DNA of 64,000 bases from NCBI GenBank assembly GCA_041862375.1, contig JBGVTE010000091.1, forward strand, positions 18,975 through 82,974, in the 5' to 3' direction. A program made the translations under genes and the position numbers. The notes below the pieces were generated by a model, which saw nothing but the letters and a program-made list of their open reading frames with translations, had not been told where the DNA came from and made no database searches. This stretch comes from Candidatus Aminicenantaceae bacterium. GTDB taxonomy: Bacteria; Acidobacteriota; Aminicenantia; Aminicenantales; Aminicenantaceae. Positions 56,684 through 64,000 of the stretch are shown here, piece after piece (position 1 is the first letter of the stretch; every line of letters begins with the position of its first letter).

Positions 56684-58843
56684 TCAATTTTCACTATTTC
56701 CGCTTTTTTTGTATAAACTCCGGTAGAATTCAGTCAGACGTTTATCCCAAATCCGATCATTGAGGATTGTCCAATCGGTTAGTGTAGTTAATGTCTGAAT
56801 ACGTGATAAAATATTTTCTCTTTCCTTCAGAGGCACATTTATCTTCTTGCCGTCTTCTCTTCTGAAAACTTGGTGAAATTTCCCTTTCTCGACATAGCAG
56901 TCTACCACAATATGTTCATCTATGTAAAAAGCCTTAGGATCTCCTCGTCCATGGTAAGCCAAGTAGTAAGGAAGGTTTCTTTCTCTCAAAAGGCTTTGTC
57001 CTACAAAATGATTTGCAATCTCTATACCCAAAAGGTCTAACACAGTAGGGGCGATATCCACCTGGGCAGCGATTTCTTCGACAACCTTACCTTCCTCTAC
57101 GAGTGGATCATAAATGAAGAGAGGAATATGATAGACGTTAGAAAAATAACTGGGCGTTGAAGGTTCTTCATCCTCTTTCCTCCGATTGATCCCTGTATCA
57201 GCAAATATGAAAAAAAGTGTGTCCCTGAAGTATTTCCTTGTCCGGAGCAGCTTAAATAAATATCCTAGAGCATAGTCAGTATAATAAAACGTATTTAAAA
57301 ATTTTCCATAAAGACCTGTTTCCAACCCGAGTTTGAACTTTTCTCTTGGCACTTCATAAGGAAGATGATTTGTGCTTGTTATGATTATAGTAAAAAAGGG
57401 CTTAATAGTCTTATCCATGATATCAACAGCTTTTCTCATCAATTCCTCATCAGAATAAGCCCAGCCTGCCATCTCACTATTAACCGGAAACGAATATTTA
57501 TCCACAATATGAACATCTCCATGCCGATGGAAAAAAAGCCTTGTGTTATCAAAATCTGCAGACCAGGTATTGATCCAATAGCTGCTGTAGCCAAAGAGAC
57601 GCAATACTTCAGGAAGGGAAAAGAGCTCAACCTGAGAATGGTCTCTCATTAAGTTGACACCTTTAAAGATATCGTAGAAAGAAGCAATGGAAGCAAGCTG
57701 AGCTCCTGCAGTTAAATCAGCATGTCCATAGAAATTTTTATACAGAATACTTTTAGAGGCTAGCTTATTAAAATTAGGAGTTATGGAGTAAGGTCCTCCG
57801 AAAATATCAATTTCTCTTGTTCTGAATCCTTCAAGAATTAAAAAGACGACATTGCGCCTTGTTACTGGCTTTTCTTTTCTCGCTTCTTGCTCACTGCCTT
57901 CCTTCTTTGGTAAAAGTCCCATGAGAACAGCATCTCTTCTTGGAATCTTGACGAAAGGATAACTCTCATCATACCAAATATATCCTTCCGGCAGGGGGAA
58001 GGGGCGCTCTTTTATGTATAAAGTTTTGCTGTTGAGATCCTTTGGTTCTAAAGGTTTTACTTCCAATGTACCCAATAATGACCTTTTATCTTGAAAGGTC
58101 ACCTCCACTTTCTTAAGCTCTTTTGTAGTTCGGAAATATCTGTGAAGCCATGGAATATCCCTTATCATCCAGACGAAATAATTGCTCTGATGAAAAGCCC
58201 TTCTATCTCCTTTATTTTGGAGTCGATAGCCAATGTAGAAAAAATTAGCCGCAAAGAAAAGCAGTATAAACTGGAAAATCAAAGCATTCTTTAAAAGTAC
58301 TTTCTTTTTTCTTAATCTGATGATGAAAACAAGTTGTCCCACAAGAATTAATATGGGAAGAATGAGAAATAAAAACTCCCCTGGATGAAGCCATAAATCA
58401 GAGATCGTAGACTTCCACGTGCCTCCAATATTCCTGAGGTATTCAAAATCAAATAGCCTGAGATTTTCTCTGAAAAAATTTACGTACTGAAGATTAGAGT
58501 AGCTGGTGATGATAACAATGAGATTTAAGGGGAAAATTAGTATAAAATACACCACCTTGCTTAAAGCTAGAGCTATGTAGGTAAAGCAGGTCAGAAGAGA
58601 AGCCAAAAAAGCATCCTCACAGAAACCTGCAAAGGCTTCAGAAAACGGAAAATTTCCTTCGATATTTTCTGAATAGAGAATATAAATCCTCAATGAAACA
58701 AAAAAAACAAGGAAAAAAAAGAAGCTAAAAAGAACAATACCGAGTATATTTTTTTCCTTGACCATAAAATGTACCTTAAACAAAAATTCCTCCAAGGTCA
58801 ATATCAAATTAAGAACTAAGGAGAGATTGACAATGTATGTCAA
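56684..58843 (-). CDS. LtaS/sulfatase-like membrane protein (N-terminal polytopic domain + extracytoplasmic alkaline-phosphatase-superfamily domain)
   Basis: ~5 N-terminal TM helices, then a sulfatase-fold domain (VVFLILEGFRTREIDIFGG..., NHLPY). Architecture resembles LTA synthase / phosphoglycerol transferase. Confidence 0.55.
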   Translation of the reverse strand: MTYIVNLSLVLNLILTLEEFLFKVHFMVKEKNILGIVLFSFFFFLVFFVSLRIYILYSENIEGNFPFSEAFAGFCEDAFLASLLTCFTYIALALSKVVYFILIFPLNLIVIITSYSNLQYVNFFRENLRLFDFEYLRNIGGTWKSTISDLWLHPGEFLFLILPILILVGQLVFIIRLRKKKVLLKNALIFQFILLFFAANFFYIGYRLQNKGDRRAFHQSNYFVWMIRDIPWLHRYFRTTKELKKVEVTFQDKRSLLGTLEVKPLEPKDLNSKTLYIKERPFPLPEGYIWYDESYPFVKIPRRDAVLMGLLPKKEGSEQEARKEKPVTRRNVVFLILEGFRTREIDIFGGPYSITPNFNKLASKSILYKNFYGHADLTAGAQLASIASFYDIFKGVNLMRDHSQVELFSLPEVLRLFGYSSYWINTWSADFDNTRLFFHRHGDVHIVDKYSFPVNSEMAGWAYSDEELMRKAVDIMDKTIKPFFTIIITSTNHLPYEVPREKFKLGLETGLYGKFLNTFYYTDYALGYLFKLLRTRKYFRDTLFFIFADTGINRRKEDEEPSTPSYFSNVYHIPLFIYDPLVEEGKVVEEIAAQVDIAPTVLDLLGIEIANHFVGQSLLRERNLPYYLAYHGRGDPKAFYIDEHIVVDCYVEKGKFHQVFRREDGKKINVPLKERENILSRIQTLTTLTDWTILNDRIWDKRLTEFYRSLYKKSGNSEN

Positions 58844-58879
58844 ATAGTCTATTTTTTGCCCTTGTCCTCTTAGAAATTT

Positions 58880-60160
58880 ATGAAATACAAAATACGCATA
58901 AAAAAGAAAAGGAGACGAAGACGCCTTTATCTTTTTTTCATTCTGGTCCTGATTCTTCTTTTTCTTATAATCCTAATCATATTTCCTAAGAAAGAACCTT
59001 CAGCTAAAGAAGAGACGCCCAATCCCCTTATACCCCCTCCTGCTCCTTCCCTTAAAGAAGATAAGTATATTATTCAAAAAGGCTGGACCTTGACTGACAT
59101 CCTGACTAAACATAGCTTTTCCTCTCCTGAAATACTTGAACTGAGAAAGGAAACAAAACCGATCTATGACTTAGCGAAAATTAAAGCGGGTCATGAGATT
59201 CGAATTCTTTCTGATCAAGATGGAAAGGTTAAGCTGGTAGAATACGACATTGATGAGGCAAATTATCTATTGCTTAAGAAAGATGAAGGCATATTTAAAG
59301 CAGAAATCAAAGGATTCCCCTACGAGATCAAAGTGTCGATGCTTTTTGGTACGATTGAAGATAATCTTATCTCCGCTGTCAATCAACAGAATGAAGAAGA
59401 TTATCTAGCTCTTTCTTTAGCTGAGCTCTTCGCCTGGGACATTGATTTTTATACTGACCTTCGAAGGGGGGACAATTTTAAAATAATCTATGAAAAAAAA
59501 TATCTTAATAACAAGTTTGCTGGCTACCGAAATATTATCGCGGCTGAGTTCACTAACCAAGGAAATCCATTTCAAGCTTTTCGCTATACGTATTCTGATA
59601 CAAAAGAAGTGGACTATTTTTCTCCAGACGGCAACTCATTGAGAAAAGAATTCCTGAAGTCCCCTATAAAGTTTGGAAGAATCACATCTCGCTTTAGCTT
59701 GAACCGTCTCCATCCTATCCGAAAAGTCTACAGACCTCACTACGGCGTTGACTACGCCGCCATACCAGGTACTCCGGTTCAAGCCACAGCTGACGGAAAA
59801 GTCACCTTTGTTGGCTGGAATGGTGCTTCAGGCCGCATGGTTAGAATCCGCCATAAAAATACCTATGAAACAATGTACCTCCATCTCAGAAGGTTCGCAA
59901 AGGGAATAAGGAAGGGAGCTAAAGTCAAAGGAGGACAGATCATAGGCTTTGTCGGCTCATCAGGCGAGTCAACTGGTCCCCATCTGGATTACAGGATAAA
60001 ATACAAGGGAAAATACATAAATCCCTTTGCTTGGAGGTTTAAGCCTGTTTCTCCCCTAAGGCCTGAATTTCTCGAAGATTTTAAAAAGAATATCAAAAAA
60101 TACTGCCTTGCCTTTGAAACTCTTCAGGTAATATTCTCAAAAACTTCCTCTTTTATTTAA
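58880..60160 (+). CDS. M23-family metallo-endopeptidase (murein DD-endopeptidase-like), membrane anchored
   Basis: HYGVDYAA...TPVQATADGKV...MYLHL...GSSGESTGPHLDY, with M23 HxxxD and HxH zinc ligands. N-terminal basic segment plus TM. Confidence 0.8.
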   Translation: MKYKIRIKKKRRRRRLYLFFILVLILLFLIILIIFPKKEPSAKEETPNPLIPPPAPSLKEDKYIIQKGWTLTDILTKHSFSSPEILELRKETKPIYDLAKIKAGHEIRILSDQDGKVKLVEYDIDEANYLLLKKDEGIFKAEIKGFPYEIKVSMLFGTIEDNLISAVNQQNEEDYLALSLAELFAWDIDFYTDLRRGDNFKIIYEKKYLNNKFAGYRNIIAAEFTNQGNPFQAFRYTYSDTKEVDYFSPDGNSLRKEFLKSPIKFGRITSRFSLNRLHPIRKVYRPHYGVDYAAIPGTPVQATADGKVTFVGWNGASGRMVRIRHKNTYETMYLHLRRFAKGIRKGAKVKGGQIIGFVGSSGESTGPHLDYRIKYKGKYINPFAWRFKPVSPLRPEFLEDFKKNIKKYCLAFETLQVIFSKTSSFI

Positions 60161-60426
60161 CTCTACCTCCGCCTCCAGAGCTGGAGTAGGAGTGCCCTCC
60201 TGAATGTCTACCGCTGTCTTGTGCAAGACATTTAGCCCATTGAATATGGTTGCAGAAACACTAATTTTTCCGCAATAACAGAAAGCACTTCACATCACTA
60301 AAATTAAAAAGGTCTGCCACTTGTCACCGAAATGGAGATGCTTTCATGAATTGTTTTTTATTGACAATCAAGAACCAAAAAAATTAGAATTGATACTCCC
60401 TCAAATCCAATGTTAAGGAGGCCTCA

Positions 60427-61527
60427 ATGAAAATAACGCTTAGTGTCCTTAAAGCAGACATAGGAAGTATTGGAGGTCATATCACTCCAAGCCAAGCTCT
60501 CTTGAACGAGGTAAAAAAATTCGTCAAGGAGAACGGAAAAGATCTATTAATTGATTACTACATCAGTTCAACAGGGGATGATATAGCGATTTTATGTACT
60601 CATGAGAGAGGTTTATTAGACGAGAAAATTCATAAGATGGCCTGGGATGCTTTTATAGCTGGAACAGCTGTAGCCAAAAAACAAGGGCTCTACGGAGCAG
60701 GTCAGGATTTACTGAAAGATGCTTTCAGTGGAAACATAAAAGGCATGGGCCCGGCTGTGGCAGAGATAGAATTCGAAGAACGACCTAACGAACCTTTTAT
60801 CTTTTTTGCCGCGGATAAAACTGATCCGGGAGCTTACAACCTTCCTTTCTACCTCAGTTTCGCTGACCCTATGTATTGTGCTGGACTGATCTTAAGTCCC
60901 AAAATGAGCAGCGGGTTCACCTTTCGCATCATCGATGTTGAACATACAGAAAAAGATAAAACTATTGATCTCAACGCTCCGGAAGAGCTTTATGACATAG
61001 CAGCCTTACTACGAGATAATGAACGTTATGTTATAGAGAGCATTTATTCCCGGGCTACAGGCAATCAGGCTGTTGCAATCTCGACAACCCGGCTACACAA
61101 CATAGCTGGAAAATATACCGGAAAGGACGATCCAGTTGCTCTAGCTCGAGTTCAAGGAGAATTTCCTGCCACAGGAGAGGTTCTAGCTCCGTTTCAGATA
61201 GGTCATTACGTAGCCGGCTTCATGAGAGGAAGTCACACAGGACCTTTGATGCCTTGTAAACTGGGCTCAATTATCTCCTTTTTCGACGGACCTCCAATAG
61301 TTACAGGAGCAGCATTTAGTGTAAAAGAAGGAAAGCTTACAGAACCTGCCGATGTTTTTGATCATCCTTACTGGGATCACATAAGAGCTCAAATATCAGA
61401 AAAAGCAACAGCCATAAGGAGGCAGGGATTTTCTGGAGCAGCAATGCTTCCTTACAGCGAGCTGGAATACGGAGGAATTGTCGAGAAGCTCGAAAAGCTG
61501 GATAAGAAATTCAAGCTGCGTGATTGA
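60427..61527 (+). CDS. fbp: Bifunctional fructose-1,6-bisphosphate aldolase/phosphatase (class V, archaeal-type FBPase)
   Basis: The N-terminus MKITLSVLKADIGSIGGH matches the hallmark start of FBP aldolase/phosphatase (MK.T.SVIKADIGS..GH). ~366 aa. Confidence 0.7.
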   Translation: MKITLSVLKADIGSIGGHITPSQALLNEVKKFVKENGKDLLIDYYISSTGDDIAILCTHERGLLDEKIHKMAWDAFIAGTAVAKKQGLYGAGQDLLKDAFSGNIKGMGPAVAEIEFEERPNEPFIFFAADKTDPGAYNLPFYLSFADPMYCAGLILSPKMSSGFTFRIIDVEHTEKDKTIDLNAPEELYDIAALLRDNERYVIESIYSRATGNQAVAISTTRLHNIAGKYTGKDDPVALARVQGEFPATGEVLAPFQIGHYVAGFMRGSHTGPLMPCKLGSIISFFDGPPIVTGAAFSVKEGKLTEPADVFDHPYWDHIRAQISEKATAIRRQGFSGAAMLPYSELEYGGIVEKLEKLDKKFKLRD

Positions 61528-61582
61528 TAAACAACAGATAGATAATTACTTTTCCGACTTTTATCTTTAATTCATTGTATCA

Positions 61583-62029
61583 ATGGAAAAAGACAGGAAT
61601 CCTGTTCCAACTGTTGACATTATCATCGAAATAAATAGAGAGGATGGTTCTCAAGGCATTGTCCTTATAAAGAGGAAAAACCCTCCTTATGGATGGGCTC
61701 TGCCGGGAGGATTTGTAGATTTAGGTGAATCCTTGGAAAAAGCGGCTGTTAGAGAAGCTAAAGAAGAGACATCCCTGGAAATCGAGCTTAAAGCTCAATT
61801 TCATACCTATTCTGATCCTAAACGCGATCCACGCCAACACACCATTTCAACAGTCTATGTAGCTGAAGCAAAAGGAAAGCCAAAAGCTCAAGATGATGCC
61901 CAAGATATCGGAATATTTACCCGGGAAGAAATCTCTTTTCCTCTCGCTTTTGATCATTCGAAAATCCTTGCTGACTACTTTGAGCTAAAGAATAAGGATA
62001 ATATTCAGGTAAAAGATGAAGGCATTTAA
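61583..62029 (+). CDS. NUDIX hydrolase
   Basis: Nudix box [25 protein letters not shown]. Confidence 0.85.
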   Translation: MEKDRNPVPTVDIIIEINREDGSQGIVLIKRKNPPYGWALPGGFVDLGESLEKAAVREAKEETSLEIELKAQFHTYSDPKRDPRQHTISTVYVAEAKGKPKAQDDAQDIGIFTREEISFPLAFDHSKILADYFELKNKDNIQVKDEGI

Positions 62030-62282
62030 AATGGAAAATGATGAGGATAAAAATAAAATCAGAGATATGAGATTGAAAGAGGTCCATAAAGTTTGGGGCC
62101 AAGCTGAAGCAGATGTCATCAAAAGCTTTTTTGAAAGCCACGGGATTTTCTGTGTTCTAAGAGGAAAAGTTGCTCACTCAGTACATCCATTCACTGCAGA
62201 TGGCTTGGGTGAAATAAAAATCTTTGTCTCTGAAAAAGACTACAAACTCGCTAAAAAGCTCCTTAACCTAGATGCTCTATAG
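62016..62282 (+). CDS. DUF2007-like small protein (putative signal-transducing)
   Basis: ~88 aa. [13 protein letters not shown]...[18 protein letters not shown] resembles the DUF2007 fold. Overlaps the Nudix gene by 14 nt. Confidence 0.35.
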   Translation: MKAFKMENDEDKNKIRDMRLKEVHKVWGQAEADVIKSFFESHGIFCVLRGKVAHSVHPFTADGLGEIKIFVSEKDYKLAKKLLNLDAL

Positions 62283-62627
62283 TTTTATAACCTCGATCAG
62301 GAATCCCACTTCTATTTCTCATCTTGAAATGGGGCTGATGATTGCTCACTCAGTTAGTCGAGATTTTCAGTCTATCCGAACCTTCGATAAATACTTTTTT
62401 AGAGCGAAATTCTCTACATAGATCAATTACCACAAAAAGTAGGGCATAAATAAAAACAAAAATCCTGCCAGATTAAAAATATTATAAAATTTTTACATCC
62501 TTGAACTACTGACACACTTATTTCTGAATAACCACTAAAATTTAGATCCCCTATATTGTAGCTATTTTTCATTGTCTACAATATGTAGAAAATAAAAAAA
62601 ATAACTTGTTTTTTTTGTTTTTTTTCC

Positions 62628-62656
62628 TTGACATTTAGCTATTTCTCTCTTATATT
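62628..62656 (+). promoter_or_regulatory. Sigma-70-like promoter TTGACA-17-TATATT (Pmra) upstream of mraZ
   Basis: TTGACA at 62628-62633, a 17-nt spacer, then TATATT at 62651-62656. Confidence 0.5.
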
Positions 62657-62665
62657 GACTCGTAG

Positions 62666-62696
62666 AAAATGGGACAAAATGGGATAAAGTGGGAAA
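62666..62696 (+). promoter_or_regulatory. Putative MraZ operator: three direct TGGGA repeats with exact 10-bp phasing
   Basis: aaaaTGGGAcaaaaTGGGAtaaagTGGGAaaa, with TGGGA at 62670, 62680 and 62690. Resembles the three GTGGG-type MraZ boxes downstream of Pmra in other bacteria. Confidence 0.55.
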
Positions 62697-63156
62697 ATTG
62701 TTAATCGGAAGCTACGCAGCAAAACTTGACAAGAGCGGTCGGATCAAAATACCAGAAAAATTCCGGGCTGTTATAGAAGAAGAATACGGAAAAGAATTAT
62801 TCATCACTTCCTTAACTGAGGATTCTTGCCAGATATATCCTCTTTCAGTATGGCAAAAATTAACCGGTATCGCCTCAGAGGGCGCCGTGCATCTGAAGCC
62901 TCTTGTTAGAAACTTCATGATCCGTGTCAACAGGCTAGGCAACAAATATGAAATCGACTCTAAAGGCCGTGTGTTAATAAGCCAAGCTATAAGGGATAAA
63001 GCCCAACTGGAAGAAGAAGTTGAAGTTATAGGGCTTTCTAATCATCTTGAAGTCTGGAATAAGAAAAGTCTCGACGACAAGCTTAAAGAAAAACCCCTGA
63101 CTGATGAAGATTTTGAAATTATCTCTGAACTTGAAGTAAAAGGGAACCCTAAATGA
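62689..63156 (+). CDS. mraZ: Transcriptional regulator MraZ (true start may be the in-frame TTG at 62698)
   Basis: Two SpoVT/AbrB-like halves. LDKSGRIKIPEKFR and IDSKGRVLISQAIR match MraZ (D.KGR..IP..R). Confidence 0.85.
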   Translation: MGKLLIGSYAAKLDKSGRIKIPEKFRAVIEEEYGKELFITSLTEDSCQIYPLSVWQKLTGIASEGAVHLKPLVRNFMIRVNRLGNKYEIDSKGRVLISQAIRDKAQLEEEVEVIGLSNHLEVWNKKSLDDKLKEKPLTDEDFEIISELEVKGNPK

Positions 63157-64000
63157 ATGGAAGTGGGCATACTCCAGCCCTCCTGGAGGAATTATTAAAC
63201 TATCTAGATATTAACAGAAAGGGAGTCTATATAGACTGCACATTAGGGTTGGGAGGCCATGCCCTCGAAATTCTTAAAAGAAATCCTAAGGCTACACTCA
63301 TTGGCTTTGATATTGACGAAAAGTCGCTGATAAAAGCTAAAGAGAAACTTCAGCTATACTCGAACAGGGTAATACTCTATCATTCCGATTTCAGGTATCT
63401 GCCTGACCTTAAAATCGACTTCCCCAGAGTAAAAGGAATTTTCCTGGATTTTGGTCTTTCCTCCTTCCAGCTTGATTCTCCAGAGAGAGGATTCAGCTAT
63501 AGCCTTGAAGGACCTCTTGATATGAGGATGGACTTCAGGAACAAAATAACTGCTTGTAAAGTGGTCAACAAATACTCAGAGCACAGGCTGACTCAAATTT
63601 TTCGGGAATTCGGGGAGCTTAGGCAAGCCCATAGACTTGCCAGAGAGATCGTCTCCAGGAGAAAAATTAAAAAAATTGAGACTACCACTGAGCTATGCAA
63701 CATAGTTGAAGAAATATATCACTGGAAACCTCAAAGAGGTAAAATTCATCCAGCCGCAAAGGCTTTTCAAGCAATTAGAATCGAAGTCAACCAGGAATTA
63801 AAAAGCCTCTCAGGTTTCTTAGAGAGGATTGCTCAAAAAATTCCCTTGGAGTCGCGCATTGCGGCTATATCTTTTCATTCCCTAGAAGACAGAATAATAA
63901 AACATACTTTTGTAGATCTAGCCACTCCAAATCATCGTTATCCACTTCTGAAAATTTTGACCAAAAAGCCTGTCACTCCCTCCCAAGATGAAATTACTCT
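63153..64000 (+). CDS. rsmH: 16S rRNA (cytosine1402-N4)-methyltransferase RsmH/MraW (3' partial, continues beyond window)
   Basis: MNGSGHTPALLEELLNYLDINRKGVYIDCTLGLGGHA matches the RsmH N-terminus and SAM-binding GxGGH. ATG overlaps the mraZ stop. Confidence 0.85.
   Translation, partial: MNGSGHTPALLEELLNYLDINRKGVYIDCTLGLGGHALEILKRNPKATLIGFDIDEKSLIKAKEKLQLYSNRVILYHSDFRYLPDLKIDFPRVKGIFLDFGLSSFQLDSPERGFSYSLEGPLDMRMDFRNKITACKVVNKYSEHRLTQIFREFGELRQAHRLAREIVSRRKIKKIETTTELCNIVEEIYHWKPQRGKIHPAAKAFQAIRIEVNQELKSLSGFLERIAQKIPLESRIAAISFHSLEDRIIKHTFVDLATPNHRYPLLKILTKKPVTPSQDEIT

Overview
The window is an AT-rich (~35-40% GC by eye) bacterial chromosomal segment, probably from a Gram-negative organism (lpxC, an Oar-like TonB-dependent receptor and FtsX/MacB-type permeases are present). 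Housekeeping blocks recognised from the sequence are gyrB-gyrA, dnaG-rpoD, lpxC-TPR-glmU-glmS, psd-pssA, mraZ-rsmH (start of the dcw cluster) and an alanine racemase. Several genes look archaeal- or eukaryote-like: a PAD-family protein-arginine deiminase homologue, a DRG-type GTPase, a TreT trehalose synthase next to an OtsA-OtsB fusion, and a type-V fructose-1,6-bisphosphate aldolase/phosphatase. A MerB-like organomercurial lyase sits beside a Cys-rich 2[4Fe-4S] protein, and an ArsA-HSP20 fusion ATPase is also present. Two tRNA genes were located by hand, tRNA-Leu(TAA) on the minus strand and tRNA-Met/Ile(CAT) on the plus strand. The most unusual region is a ~7 kb island (about 27.4-34.5 kb) immediately 5' of the tRNA-CAT gene. 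It holds two divergent, GC-rich, ATPase-less FtsX/MacB-type permease paralogues and three decayed copies of a transposase-like gene carrying an HPHPH motif, read here as an IS91/HUH-family remnant. It also contains a nucleotidyltransferase-fold protein, and is bounded by a ~40-bp direct repeat. Separately, two families of short dispersed repeats were found. One is a palindromic MITE-like element with GGGGTCAGGCTTT termini at 3 loci, in two cases ending 1-5 bp from a promoter -35. The other is a CATCACGGAAAAAAAGATGC element at 4 loci, once as an inverted pair enclosing a nested copy of the first. At least six promoters share a TTGAC(A/T)-16/17-TA(T/C)A(A/T)(T/G) architecture (17-nt spacer in five, 16 in one). 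In three cases this argues for moving the ORF-track start downstream; the mraZ start is arguably misplaced for a separate reason, an operator repeat. No CRISPR array, rRNA or prophage was seen.
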